A DNA stretch of 63,799 nt, filler included, from Choristocarpus tenellus KU-1152 (GCA_964200185.2; 9 parts of 9 records of this genome joined end to end with filler, not necessarily neighbours in it); one strand, 5' to 3'. Counted from the first letter of the whole stretch, positions 1-13,177 are shown. Numbers and translations are program-made. Notes: generated by a model from the sequence alone, not told the origin.

Positions 1-52
1 GGGAGGGAGGGAGGGAGAGGGGTGGTCATTGCAGCATGCACCGAGTTACGGT

Positions 53-2898
53 TCAACCCACCGCTGCGAGGGCCACGGCAAGCCTCTTCCTCTCAAATTC
101 AGTGTCAGATCTCACTCGTTCCAACTCCAAAGTGTGACGCCGAACGAGGGCAGACATCTCCTCGTCCTTCAACAAATCCCTCTGCCTCTCAGCGCGCGCC
201 ACCCTCTGCTTCCACTTGACCTCCTGCGCCTCCTCATCCCTCCTTGCCTCCTCCCGATCTGCCTCCCTAACCCTCTCCTCCTCCGCGCGCCGGCGCTCAG
301 CACTTTCTCTGACCTGCTCCGCCTCCTGGACTCGAACGGCCTCCAGGGTCTCGAGGCTCGTCCGTGCCTCCCTGGCCTCCGCGGCTGCCTTCGTAGCCAA
401 CGCCTTGCCGGCCTCCAACTCCTTCCGTAGTCTGTCGCAAAGCACCGCGTGTTCCCGGACCTTGGCCTCTAGCGCCTCGCAGTGTGCCACTGCCGCCTCT
501 TCCTTTCGCCTCGATTCCTCCAGGAATGTCTCGAGCTCTCGGCACCTTCTTCTCAACCCGCCGTTGCCTTCTTCGATGAGGGCGTCCGTGTCCATCTCTG
601 CTGACCCCTCGGAGGCCACTGTTGTCATGGTCGCTGCATCCATCACTTGCGCCGCCGGCTTGGTTGCCTCGCCCGCCGCGTGCTTGCCATCTTTCCGACT
701 CTCCCTGTCGAAAAGGTTGGGCGAAGAGGTCGTCGCTCCATCGACCCAACCACCCCGCCCCCTCACTACCACTGACTCTCCCAGGCATTCCTCTCGAGGG
801 GTGCAAGCGGACGGTGATTCCCCCTTTCCTGCATCACGGACCCTCACTGTCGAGGCTTGCATTTCCTCCCTCCTCCCGTCTTCTCCCCTCCCACTGCCAC
901 TGGCGCATATCGATCGAGGTGTTTGCTTATCATCCTCTCGGATAACTGAAATGCTGATTTCTACATCTGTGTCTCCAGAGAGACGGCTGTGTTCTGCCTG
1001 GTTCAAGTCTGCTGCCGTAGTACTAGCAATGGTCCGGCTAGAATTAGCACCACCCCAGGCCCTTGGTTCCCCACCACCAGTGACGTGGTTGGTGTCACCT
1101 TCAAGGCAGTCGTAACTGCTCTTCTCGAGGTGTTCCTGCAAAAGAGGACCATCGCCTTGTATCATCCCTGGGGAGGTACTCGGTTCCCAACCTCCTGGTC
1201 CTGCCAAGTTGCGATCACCCACTGAGTCCTTTGGGAACGAGCTATGCAATGGCATAGTTCCAGAGTGATAGCTTTGTGCAAATGATGTGCTGTGGTCCCT
1301 GGACTCACGGGGAGGTGGGGTTAGGGCACATGTCTCCACTGATTTTGTTGGAGGCAACACCTCTTGGGACACCATGGAAAGCCCTCCATATTTCCCATTC
1401 AATTTTAAATTTGAACTCTCACTACTATAGCGGATTTTTGATTCCCTTGATCGCTTCAGGAGACGCTGAAATTCTTCCCATGTTGCTGCAGAGGCCTTGG
1501 CAAGCTCCTCACTCCTCTCACGGGCATACACAGCACCCCTCCCCAAGCCGCCATCTTGGCCCCATTCCCATTCCACATCTTTTCCAGTATCTTCGTTCCC
1601 TTCCCCCACTCCCACCCTGGCGTTATCAATTGGGATTTGCTCTTGTTGAGGGTGATGCTGAGTCACGTGTTGGTGTGCATGGTGTCTACGAACATCACAT
1701 GTTGTTACGTGTTCACCAGCCAGTTGTGACCCACCCGTGAGTGCCACATCCCTTGATAGCAAACCCTGCTGTCCTTCAACATCTTGGTCAAACTTTATGC
1801 AAGCATTCAGGGCACTCACCTTTTGTACAGGGACAGTTAAACCGCAAAAAGAGAGTTCAGTGTAAAGCAACCAAAAACACTAATTCTTGGTGTGCTTGTG
1901 CCTTGGGGTCAAATTGTTCATCACATGTAGAACCCAGAGAGACTACAAATGATGTAGATAGAATAAAAAGACGCGAAACATAAACTACGCCCTGTAGTTA
2001 CAAGTGTCTCTGAGAGCTGAGAACAAGAGCCATGAGAGTTGGAAATATGCATTCACAGGCAGGTATCAACATCATCCCAACCCAGGTGCGTGAAAGATAT
2101 GCCTACATCCGACCTTCAGAGGGTTCACAGGAAGGAGAAAGTATAAAACATAGCGGCAAGTCAAGAAACTGCCACAAACGAAGCACCATTGTCCTCAGTG
2201 ATTGGAAGGGCATAAGCCTTACAATCAAATCTTACCCAAGCTTTACGTTCACTGGGTTCCTCGCAGAGGAGAGACCAGACCCGCCCACTGGCCCAGACGA
2301 GGTCAAACCCACAGCCATTGAATGCCGCAATGCCGCTCCATGCCAGAGCACACCTCGCACCTTCTAACGACACCTGAGTCGACACGGTTTTGGGTTGGGA
2401 TGACTATCAGTAGTTGGACTCCAAAAGATCATGTAGCTTTCCATCGGGCCCAAAAGGAGGTCATCACCCAGCCTGCATCTAACGTAAGGAAATTTTTCCT
2501 GCCCAGTCTATGAATATATCAACGTTTAGTGAGAATCTCACCCGTTCCACATCACCCCGATATGACGTCTTGGCACCAAGAGCACCTAATCCCAACCCTC
2601 CCCTGTCGCTGCTGAAGGTAGACAAACTAAGGTCCCCTCCTCCAATATTAGCGGCATCATTTGAGTCGGCCACGGTTAGGGTTCGAGATACGGCATCTAG
2701 CGTAAAGTGCCTCACCCTCCAGCACAATATCCTTTGCGAGGTTGTCGTGGGATAGTTCAAGACTAAGTTAAAGTTATCTTCGTGATTTTCTGTCCGAAAG
2801 TTTATTTTTAGAAGTAATCCTTCAGCCCACCTGTCGACCCCGCGTGTTTTTTGCTTGAGGAATCCAGTCAGAGATCTCTTCCCCCCTGGAGGGTCCAT
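53..2898 (-). CDS. Multi-exon PH-domain protein with long disordered linker and C-terminal coiled coil (probably continues beyond window start)
   Basis: ATG 2898 (MDPPGGKRSLTGFLKQK...), then RILCWRVRHFTLD and GRVWSLLCEEPSERKAW. GT-AG intron 2235-1820 joins in phase 0 to VSALNACIK, completing a PH C-terminal helix. E/R/A-rich heptads at about 60-560. Confidence 0.75.
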
Positions 2899-3282
2899 GA
2901 AGCAGGAACGGACACCTAGGGATTAAGTGACACGAAGAACAACACAACGGACATTTCTGATTGGTTTGTTGGAGACTTGCGAAGCGTTCTACATATGGTA
3001 ACTGCCAATTGCCAATTTCATTGTCCATCTCTTCATTCTCTTCATTCCACCCTGGCAGTCAATCACGTGCTTTGACTACCCCCTGCGCGATCTATCTATC
3101 ACCTAACCTCATGATACCCTTACCAAATCTGTGGTAGTGGTCCGCATTGTATTGGTAGTAGACACTAGGGTCACAAACTCGCCGTCATAGGTAACCTTAA
3201 GCAATTATTGAAACCCAACAAAAAGGAGGAAGGCGTGCAATTTGAAGCATTTCACCTACTTCTCGTGATTTAGGAATACAGT
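2899..3282. promoter_or_regulatory. Putative bidirectional promoter
   Basis: 384 bp between divergent ATGs at 2898 (-) and 3283 (+). No motif proven. Confidence 0.4.
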
Positions 3283-6200
3283 ATGAATCCTAATGAAGAA
3301 TATTTTTTGTTCAATGGGCAGCAGATTGAGTCAGTTCTTCATGTCGATAAGTCCATACTTGCACCTGCTGAGTTTCCTGAAGTCGATTACGGACACAATC
3401 GTCGAAAGGCGCGGCGAACTCTTAGACAACGCATTAAATTGAGACCTCGAAGTCTTGGCGAACGGATCGAAGGTCCTCGTTCGATGTTGGATAGTTCTTC
3501 CAAGGTCCAACGAATTGTATCGCCACGTCATGCAATGGTAGAGCAATCGTTGCGTTCGTCACTTACGGCATACCAAACTGTAGACTTTGTTCAGGGTACC
3601 ACGACTCCTTCCCGGTTTCAAGTGACGTCGATCTCCAATGACAGCTCTCCTCCCTCAAAGGAAAAAAAAATGCAACCACTTTGCATCCCCTCCTCACCAA
3701 CTGCATCTGCTGAAGAATTGGTGATAGGGTTAGATGGCGAACAAATACCTCTAACAGCGTCAGTCTCCTCCACATCGAAGAGGGCTATGCAACCCACCAC
3801 CACCACTGTTCCTTCCAGCGACACTGTATTGTTACCAATTCGTCCATCTGGACATGATACTGGTGCTCGAGGGTATGGAAAGAGTTTGCGAAGGATTGTA
3901 AGTCCATGTAGTTTGAGGTCAACTTCTTGTATGGCGGACCAAGAGCACAGTGTGGGACACTCAGGAAATGGTGATACTAATCATGTTCCGGCTTTAGCAG
4001 ACACTATTATTGGGATACAACTGGCAGGGAGTGATGATTACAACCCAAGAGGTGGAGAAATTGTGGCTTCTGCCATCATTGTGAGCCCTTGTGCGAGGGA
4101 AAAGACACCAATTGCAGCGTTAGGAGAATCAAAATTGGATGTGGAAGAGGATGGTATTCAGAGTGGTGGAAAAAACAGCATAATTGAGACTCATAGTATG
4201 AGATACCACCAAGACCAAAAAGACCATTCCCCTTGGGTGATCCCCTGTTACACTCACGAAGTCACTTCTACAGTACCTAGACCTGGGTGCAAGGAGGATC
4301 AGGTATACAAAATAATTGACTGCACAATATTATTCCTCTTCACGTCTGAGCTTGCTTTCCATTTCTTCTTTCGTATGCCACTATCCATGAAGGCATGAAT
4401 AATCATTTGTAATGTAGTTATCACAATGTCATCTTCTTGGTGCATTTGTAATGTAATTTTTTCCTGTCTCAGTGTGGGTGCTATCAAGTCATCAATATCC
4501 CCAGCAAGACATTGGAGGTGCTTCTTGAAACAAGCATTATTCAACCTTAGATTTCATACTGGTAGCCACCAGCACAACTTCAGCACTGATTTCACATGCC
4601 TTAATGGTGCAGGAGAAGAAAATGCGCCTTGCTGAACTTTGGGGTGTGGGTGACTCTAGGGATGCTGCTGCTGCTGCTGCTGCTCGCATGAAGTTTGGGG
4701 AGGATGAACTCGCAGGAGACAGGGAGATCGAGTCATTTATTGAAGATGTTAGTGCTGGCGAGTTGCCCGATGTCACTCTCTTTACAATTGAATGGCATCG
4801 TGTGAATCCTTTGCTTCGTTTCAATCCTTACCACCTCAAAGTGGTAAAGAGGGAAAAGAGTGTTGAAATGCACAGGTGGATCCCTGGGCAGGTTGATGTT
4901 GGCGTTGTAGCCAGCGATGATGAAAACAAATGCAATGAGGGTCATGAGGACAATGACAAAGAAGGGGGGACGGATGAAGGCGACGACCTCAAAGAGAAAG
5001 AACAACCGACTGCAGTTTCAGCATCATTCAACCTGGCAGGAGTGGTATCTTTCAGTGCTGATGGAGAGACAAATTTCCTTAGCTTGAAGGAATGGAGGTT
5101 GGAGAAACTGCACTTTGATACCATATCACGCATGAACTTTTGCAGGAGGTGTGTATGAGGTTAGCGAAGATCCTGGCATAGAATAATCACTTTCATATAT
5201 ATGAAACCATCACTTAATCTATCTTGCTGCATGACAACTTCTACAATAAGGTATGTATCTAGATGTATTATTTGTCTTTCTGTTGCCCACAGTATCCATG
5301 GTACTAGCGACACGAACATGTGTGCCTGAGTAGACTACGCTGCGAAAACCCTAGATACCCATCCATATCCACTTTGAAAAGGTATCCAGCTTGGAAGTAC
5401 ATCCGGGGTTGGGCGCATTGGCTTAAGGCAAGGAAGATGGAGAGACTTCGAGAGAGAGTCTGCCAAGGACTAGTCATACTCAACCCACTTTATAGGTATG
5501 AACAACGTGAATGTGAATGAGGTGAAATCCACTGTTAGAGAAATAGCTGCCATGTGTCTCTTGACTACAATTGTGTGTACAACTCATGGTACATCACAGA
5601 AATAGCAAATAGCGTGCAACGGAGGACTAAGCACCAGGAAAATAATGGGTCGCTGTACATTCTGATGCCCAAGGTAGGATTGATTTGAAACCTCGTCCAT
5701 ATGTTGGCGTTAGTGAATCCAAGATTCCAAGATTTAAGCAGTGTGTTTGATCTGGTGAATGGCGTGAAGCACACAAATCACACTGTGCAACATGCTGACC
5801 TCCCAATCACCTCCACACCATAGTGCTTTCTAACCCACTCATGAAACACGAAAGGTCTATTGCCGAGGACATCAATAAGGAGATGCTGGAACTGGGGGAG
5901 ATGCAGATGTTCACAACTTGCAAGGGTCCCGGAGCGAAATATTCTTTGAGTGAATTCTACAAGGAACAAACTCGGTAGGAATATATACTGATCTTGTTTC
6001 AATTAGACCAAGTTCCTTATCTTAGGAATGGTTATTATATGTACCGTTATTCATGTTGGTGAACAAAACAGTGACCTAATGCCCTCATATCTCTGTTGGA
6101 GAGTCAAACGCAAGGCTGGCTGTCAAGCAGTGTGTCAGCAGATGTGTTCCTTTTCCCGCTGACGAAGATTATTGTTTTTTCATTGACGAAAGAGTCTGAA

Positions 6201-8498
6201 CTACGGTGGAGATTGGCCCACGGTTGTATACCCACTGCTTCGAAGTACTTCCCATCAAACGGAAATCAGGTTCTAGAGACTGGACTTCATCTATGTACCC
6301 AACCTGTCTTCACATGAAGATCGGATGTTAGATGAAACATTGGTTACTCTGTATCAATTAGATTAATGATCCACTATTCAAATGTTGGGGTTTTAAATGT
6401 TCTTAAGAAAATCCCTTGTAGTATATTTATAGTATTCGGAAGACACTTCAGTAAATCATGCAGGAACAGGCCGTTGACCATAACTGGTGAACTCCCCTCC
6501 CTCTCATGGCACACACATCACCTCTGTCTATCTTGGTACTCCTGAAGGAATATGGACAAATGGGAGCAGAAACTTTGGCAGACCTTCAACAAGTGTGGAC
6601 GAGCTCTGGGATCCATGGCAAAGAATCAATTAGAGGATGAGGGACTATTATCATTGAGTTGTGGCTGGAATGAGTCAAAGGTGACAGAGAGGCCTGCGCA
6701 TGTCCTGTGTGCCTGGGTGACTAGGTCTGCCTTGCCTGTCACCATTACAATCATGCTCCAGTAGTACTTCAAACTAATTTCAAATGTTTCAGGACCTGGT
6801 GCACATTGGAAACACGGTCCACAGTTGTGCTGAGATATGTATGTGGTGGCGTTGAAGCATAGATATTGTTTACACCCCACAAAATTGAAGATCTTGAGTG
6901 TGAGAAGAGCAACACACAAAAAATATGTATATTACATTATTAGAATGACTACTATTGTTGTGTCAATATGGAGGACACAGGGCACATCGTACAACATGTT
7001 ACATGTTTGAACACCCATAGGATATAATCACCCTTCCAATCTCGAAATCACGCTCTTTTGGTAGCAGGAACAGAATAGTAGAGGCGGCCCAGGAGGCCCA
7101 GGAGCGGAAACAATAGAGTTTGAAGAGACCCTCGAGCAAGTTCTCAGAAGCGTTTCTCGTTTCTGTTCCCAAGAGGAAGGGCAAGACGAGCTATTCCGGA
7201 CGCCACAAGAGGTCCTGACCATGAAGGCAAACCAAGATGGGAGCATGGCACTGGGGGAGAGTACGGAGTTGACATCATGGGCGTTTGCTGCACATCAGCG
7301 ATCAAAGTGCACGCAACTGGTACGTGTGTTTCGCTTGGCAGATAAACGCCTGCGGCAGTGCCTCTGTGAACTGGTCATGGCTCATGCAGAGGGTCTCCTT
7401 AGCATGTTACAAAGTGAGGGAGAGGATTCCAGCATTAACCATGCTTACCTCCGGCATAGGCCGTACCCTTCTGAGAGCGACCCTGATGGAGCATTGACAG
7501 TGGATGAGGATCGTCTGAGGGACATCTCTGAGCTAGGCCTCGAGATTAATATGCCACCAAATGTTGGTGGGGATGAGGTGGCGGCCTGGAGGTTGGCCTT
7601 CAGGGAGCGCTTGAGACTCCTAGCAGTGCGAACACCTAAGCAAGTTGCGCAAGGGAGATTGCACACACCAAGGTATGAGGTCAAGGTGTGACAGGTTATA
7701 AGCTGAAGATATATTTAGTGCATGCGCAAGGCAGAATGGAGTAAGAGGAAGGTGTCAACCTAAGCATAGAGATTGCTTTGATGTATTACCATATGGCTGC
7801 GCTCACAAACATTCCCTCTCTTTCTGAGTGAAAGTATCTTAGAGGGTATGAGTTTTGCCCAGTTTGTCCATTTGGGACTTGACTTCTCACAGTATTTTTA
7901 TGACATTTTCCTACTCCAAAACATTTCGGAGTAGGTAAGATGTATATGTTATGAAAAGGTGGGTCCGGAACAAGGTTTTTGACACTTCTTAACAAACATA
8001 ATAGCCAAAACTACATCAAAATCGCAACAATGGGTTTTGGCCCCCAAACGGACGTGGCTCTACCCTCTAAGATACTTTGACTCTCTCCCTTCACTCATGG
8101 TCAACATTCCAGTTCCTGCTCTTGCGCCCTACCATGGGAGGATGGTAAGTTGTGCTAGTTAAGGATCTTTGTAGTACACAGATTCATGGGTTTAAATGCA
8201 GTCGATTCTCTTCTCACATAGTGGTGGATATAACCAATTGTCAATTATCAACACTATTCCAATGCCAACTAGTACAAATAAATTATCTCATGTGCAGATA
8301 TTGCAGCCGCATTGTACTGCACAAGGCATGCCTCCCAATACCAGAGGCCTGCAAGTTGGCCACCCAGCTTGTGCCTGAACTAATGGAGACCCTTGAGCAG
8401 AAGTATCGCTCTGATGCCTCTCCGGCAGTGATGGCCACCTTCCAGAGGGAACTGACCCCAAATTTGGTTGGTGGTGATTTCTTCCCACCTGGACACAG
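3283..8498 (+). CDS. Divergent DNAH6-like axonemal inner-arm dynein heavy chain, N-terminal tail only (truncated at contig end)
   Basis: Phase-compatible GT-AG exons 3283-4302, 4613-5148, 5382-5495, 5855-5974, 6548-6680, ~7064-7672, 8298-8498. Motifs FNPYHLKVV, GVVSFSADGETNFLSLKEWRLEKLHFDTISRMNFCRRYPAWK, GLVILNPLYR, YSLSEFYKEQ and QRSKCTQLVRVFRLAD resemble the DNAH6-family N-terminus (recalled, not searched). Confidence 0.7.
7826..8083 (-). mobile_element. MITE family A (~260 bp)
   Basis: TIRs GAGTGAAAGTATCTTAGAGGGTA / TACCCTCTAAGATACTTTGACTC. TSD TCT. Intronic. Confidence 0.9.
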
Positions 8499-8737
8499 GT
8501 GAGCCTTACCAGAGTTTAATCTTGGGTCACCCTATTTCCTGCGAAATATAAATATTCTGAGCTATAGTTGAAGGTATCTTCGATACAATGTAGATGCAAG
8601 AGACGAAGCTACACAATACTTGCAGAAATTTTCTTGTAGTAACATTGCTTAGTCAGAGAGATACATATAAGAAACACTGGATGTTGCTGACTGTGACTCC
8701 ATCTTGAATTCACCCGAAGTATCTGGGGGGGGGGGAG

Positions 8738-8837
8738 NNNNNNNNNNNNNNNNNNNNNNNNNNNNNNNNNNNNNNNNNNNNTTAATTAATTAANNNNNNN
8801 NNNNNNNNNNNNNNNNNNNNNNNNNNNNNNNNNNNNN
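8738..8837. other. Artificial contig linker
   Basis: 44 N + TTAATTAATTAA (stops in six frames) + 44 N. Confidence 0.98.
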
Positions 8838-9328
8838 CCCTGTTGCCCCCACTCCCCCCCCCTCCCCCCCCCCCCCACCCCTCAACATTTGAACATAGTG
8901 GTGTTTGTACTTTCAAATAGGATGCTGCCTCAGCTGGGGTATAGTTGCATATATAGTTGCAACTGGTCTAGTTATTGGGGAGGTGGAGGCTGCCCTTCCA
9001 AGAGGGGATAAGATATCAGGCCCCCACCTGCCTCCCCTGTTTGCTATACATATTTATTGTGCTGAATTTATTGTGTCTTTTGACTCTTTTAAAAAGTGCA
9101 TGTTAATTCTATGCCATTACCAGACTTACGGATTTGAGAAATTGAGGTTGTAGTTTTGCACCAAATAATTGATCAAATTCTAGTACCAAAGATTTGGTTC
9201 TACTTCTGGAATTCAGATACACAATGCTCTGTGACTTTTTCTGATGCCTTGGTTATGTGGTTCACTTATGTCTCACCCTTTGTTTCTTCTTTGCTTCAAT
9301 GCTCTACCTGTATGTGGCATCACTACAG

Positions 9329-10969
9329 GGGCGCATCAATGCTTATGCTAAGGCATGGGGAACGGATGCAGATGCCCTCAATGACATGCTTGTCTCTGCC
9401 TGGGAGCTGATCGAACCATCAGCTGAAGAAGATGATGGGGCTGACAGTGAAAGTAAGAGCAAGGGGGATGATAAGAAAGGAATTGGTAGCAGCGACCTTC
9501 CCAGCCCCAACCCTGATGGAGATCAGAAATGGAATCATCTGCAATTTACTTGGGCTAAGGTGGAGCGGATGTTCAGGTCAAAGAACAAGAGTGTTGCTAA
9601 CAATCAAAATGGTTTGAATGGGCATGACTCTGAAAATGTCGCCCCACAACCACCTGCAAATGAAGGATCTGACCAGCAGGGTGGAAAAATGAATGAAGAT
9701 GAGAAAGGTGGAGAGAATGAAAAGGTGACTGAGATCTCGTCAACAAAATCTAATTTGCAATGCACAGGTGGAGTTACTGATGCTGTGACAAATGGCAATG
9801 ATGTGAAAAGAGATGCAATGACTGACAGTGATAAACCCATCTCTGTGGCCAGTGGAACCAGTGCTGCTCATATTGAGGCTGAAGCTAAGCCTTCGGCAGT
9901 ACCTATGCCGCTTACCCCTGCTCCGGTGTCACCAACCCGGAGCCTGAAGCGCCCAAGAAAAACTATGGATGCCAGTGCTACCAGCACTTCACCTGAACGT
10001 CACTCGCAACCTAATGTCCCACAGCTGCTGTGTCCATTGCCTCAGGGCATTGAAGTCGCAAAAGGCCCTACTCTCTCTGCCTCGTCCTCTCTCACTGGTT
10101 TGTCTCCTGCTGCTACAAACTCTTCCATGGTCTCCACTAGTTCTTCCACTGTCGATACTGTTGGTACAGTCCCTGCTGCTGTGGTGGAAATGCTTGTGCC
10201 CAATAAGGGGGAGAAGACTGATGGGGGGGGAGAAGAGGTTGTTGGAAAGAGTACGGTGCTGTGTAGTAAGAAGGCTCGACTCATTGATGCAGGTTCCACA
10301 AAGGAAGGCGGTCTGGAGACTCAGTCACCCTTGAGTGAAATGGGAAATTCGACCAAAGGTGTAGGACAAGGGGTTCCAGCACCGGTCACAAGCAAAGAAG
10401 CAGGGTCATCTGAGAAAGGTGAAGGTACATTGCCTCTTTCTGTTGTTGGAAACACGTTACCTGGAGAGAATGCTGACCCCCTTGAAAACCCCTCCTTCAG
10501 TAGGGGGAACGGGAGTTGGTCTTCAAAACAGTCACATCCGCCAGAGGCCAATGGTGTTACAAATAGTTGTATGCATGGCCTTGGGAAAGGGAAGAGACGT
10601 CCTGAGGTTGGAGGAGGTCAGGTCCAATGTTTGGATGCAGTTCAGACCCAGCCGTCGTCAGTGGCAAAGAAGACAGAAGAGAAAATTGAAGTTGACAGCA
10701 TTAGAAATAGCAGGCCGGTCCATATGCATGGGGTTGGACCTGAAGGACCTTCTGGAGGTCAGAACAATACTTCCTTGGCAGGAGAGCAATGGCAAGATCA
10801 GTTAGAGTATGTGGCAACAACACCGTCATCTTCAGCAGTTGGGGGGGGGGTTGCTGGGAGGAGTTCTCCATGTGCCCCTTACCGATCTGCAGTGTTTGAT
10901 AGGGTGCCTCGGTTTGATAGGAAGGACTTTATGGCAACTTCGGGAGTGCCAAGGGGACCAAACAAATGA
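9329..10969 (+). CDS. Terminal exon of an unknown, largely disordered S/G/E/P-rich protein
   Basis: 570-aa ORF with in-frame acceptor ctacag|ggg at 9328/9329 and a basic KRPRK motif. No recognised domain. Confidence 0.6.
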   Translation, partial: GRINAYAKAWGTDADALNDMLVSAWELIEPSAEEDDGADSESKSKGDDKKGIGSSDLPSPNPDGDQKWNHLQFTWAKVERMFRSKNKSVANNQNGLNGHDSENVAPQPPANEGSDQQGGKMNEDEKGGENEKVTEISSTKSNLQCTGGVTDAVTNGNDVKRDAMTDSDKPISVASGTSAAHIEAEAKPSAVPMPLTPAPVSPTRSLKRPRKTMDASATSTSPERHSQPNVPQLLCPLPQGIEVAKGPTLSASSSLTGLSPAATNSSMVSTSSSTVDTVGTVPAAVVEMLVPNKGEKTDGGGEEVVGKSTVLCSKKARLIDAGSTKEGGLETQSPLSEMGNSTKGVGQGVPAPVTSKEAGSSEKGEGTLPLSVVGNTLPGENADPLENPSFSRGNGSWSSKQSHPPEANGVTNSCMHGLGKGKRRPEVGGGQVQCLDAVQTQPSSVAKKTEEKIEVDSIRNSRPVHMHGVGPEGPSGGQNNTSLAGEQWQDQLEYVATTPSSSAVGGGVAGRSSPCAPYRSAVFDRVPRFDRKDFMATSGVPRGPNK

Positions 10970-11559
10970 TGCTGTTGTGGTTGTGGGCTTACTCAGATCT
11001 TGTCACTTTTAGCTGAACGTTTCAGTAGAAGGGATGGTTGTCTGAGAGGAGCAATGGTCTGGCATCAAGGGTGATATTCTTTCACAAATGAATAGGATTG
11101 TGTGGTGGGTTTTTACTTACAGTGTGTTGTCTGTGCGTGTGATATGTTGATTGATGTTGTTGTTGTTATGCATGTACTAGGTTGTGATTCTTTGAGATTT
11201 GATTGTAGTGGTGCTATTAATAGTATTGTTTGTGAAGTTAGCTGCTTGAAGAGGGACTGTTCTTAGCAAGAAGCGAGTGTTAATAGTTTATAGCTGTATG
11301 TGTGGTTTCTCTGGAAGACCTTGAAACTCAAGATACCTGCCTATAAAAAGCAAGACCATTGTACCGCCACTTAGTTGATTTTCACCATGAACACACATGC
11401 ATGGTGAAGGGGCAGGTTTGAGATTGTCCAAATCAGGATAGGGAACAAAAGAGGTCTGTATTTCATGATCAGTCACGTATGTATTCATGGTAAAGGTAGC
11501 ACATACCAAACACTTTTAGTGCACCACACAAGCAGTGTGGGGGTGGTGTTTGGTGCCTC

Positions 11560-12330
11560 ACTCATCAGAGGGTGCCGCTTGCTGCTCTCTGACTGCCTAC
11601 CCACCTGTCTTGGTTGGTTAGGAGTGTGGTATCATTGATGGACTGCCCTCCTCTCCTCCAGCCAAAGGTTGCAAGGATGTATTTGAGGTGCACCCTACGA
11701 TGCATGGCGATCAACTACTGGAGGATTGAGAAGAATGAAAAGGTTTGTTAGGCAGTCCCTTGCATAGGTGGCCTTTTCTTCCTGGTTCTCTTTCAGACCA
11801 GTGAGAAGAACAGTTGTTGCTCTGCATGGATGCATGAAGTCAAGCGCCACATCAGCTGGTGCGTTCACCATACAAATTCGTCTGATATAAATAGCCTTGT
11901 ATTTTCCTCCATTATATGTGGGAAGCAGCAGGCGATACAATAATTATAATAATAGAGCAGCTAGCTATCGATACAAGGAACTCTGCCAACCCTTCAGAGT
12001 ATATTTGCTTCTCTCCATATGTATCGATTGGCATGGAGGTTGGAATCGATCACACTGCAATTTGCTGTACCAGAAGCCAATATAGAACAGCCCAAATTCA
12101 TCAAAATGATCAACATCGCAAGATTGGATTGAAGACCCCGAATGCACCCGACCTTGCCCTCTTAAATGCCTTGGGCCGCTCCAAGGAATCCTTTGATTTC
12201 GGGTTAAATATCAACACCATGGCAGTGAAAAGGTTTGGGCGCCTCAGTAAGCAAGCAGAGAGTTTCCTTAACAAAGTGGCCATACATTTTTGGGGTAGGG
12301 GGGAGAGGACCTGGGGGTTGGAGTAGGAAG
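11560..12330. mobile_element. Two degenerate relics (opposite strands) of the C-terminus of restriction-like-endonuclease non-LTR retrotransposons
   Basis: Minus strand PADVALD...K.TYARDC...F.LLNPPVVD.H; plus strand PDLAL...MAVKRFGRLSKQAESFLNKVA. Stops and frameshifts present. Confidence 0.4.
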
Positions 12331-12466
12331 GGCCTGAATGTGAATACTTGTTTAAGACAGTGTCAGCAACTGTACAGGTGCTCTCTCAAAGTGTGTCATG
12401 TGCTTCAAGCTAAATACACTGGGCAGGTGGTGGCTAAGAAAAAGGTCTCAATTCCTCACTACTACT

Positions 12467-13177
12467 TCGTAGGGTAGAATAGGAGCGCGGACATCCGATT
12501 TTGTTCGTAGGGAGCAATACCACTAGTGACATTGTTGTATGCTACTCCGTAGTACATGGAGTAGTTAGTACAAACTAAGAAGTATATTGGAAGCAAGTAT
12601 TCTTGGTAGAACATCTTACAGTTTCCTACCTTGAAGTGGTCTTTGTTCCTCCCTTCTTACAACAAATCTGTAAAATGTCAAGTGGGTGTTGCATATACTC
12701 TGATGTTTTAAAATGCCATATTTTATAGAACTAAAGTATACCACGAAGCATATAGCTAGCATTGTGTGTGGATGTGACCTAGTCAAGTTATTGAACATAA
12801 TCATGAAATATCTCTACCAACAAAATTGGGACACGCAGGACAAAGCACCAATTACTCTCCGGGCATTACATTCTCTATTTGCCGCCGTTTCCATAACACT
12901 CCGATACGATACAAAGTGGTGGACCGACATTAATTCTCGTAGGTGTTACGCATATACTATGTTATACTCGCAGAAATTTCCCATTAACGTTAAGGGAGGG
13001 ATGAGACAAAGATCAGAACAAACTAGGAAGCTATAAGAACATCTACAACAATAGTTGTCATTTCCGATGTTCTTTCTTCTTAATCTGTACGAACTATACA
13101 ACAATATCACTCGTGGTACTGTTCCCTACGAAAAAATCTGATGTTTACAATTCTATCCTCCTAAGCTAGACCTACGA
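12467..13177. mobile_element. Foldback / long-TIR non-autonomous element
   Basis: About 200-bp imperfect inverted repeats, e.g. gttcgtagggagcaataccactagtgacattgttgtat versus the reverse complement of atacaacaatatcactcgtggtactgttccctacgaa. Confidence 0.7.

Noticed and set aside
216-1115. 299-aa plus-strand ORF
   Set aside because: Antisense shadow of the coiled-coil exon on the minus strand
3181-3195. X-box-like GCCGTC-ATA-GGTAAC upstream of the dynein gene
   Set aside because: Degenerate match, and RFX factors are not known to me from stramenopiles
8782-8793. Recurrent TTAATTAATTAA palindrome
   Set aside because: Always centred in identical N padding, so a synthetic six-frame stop linker
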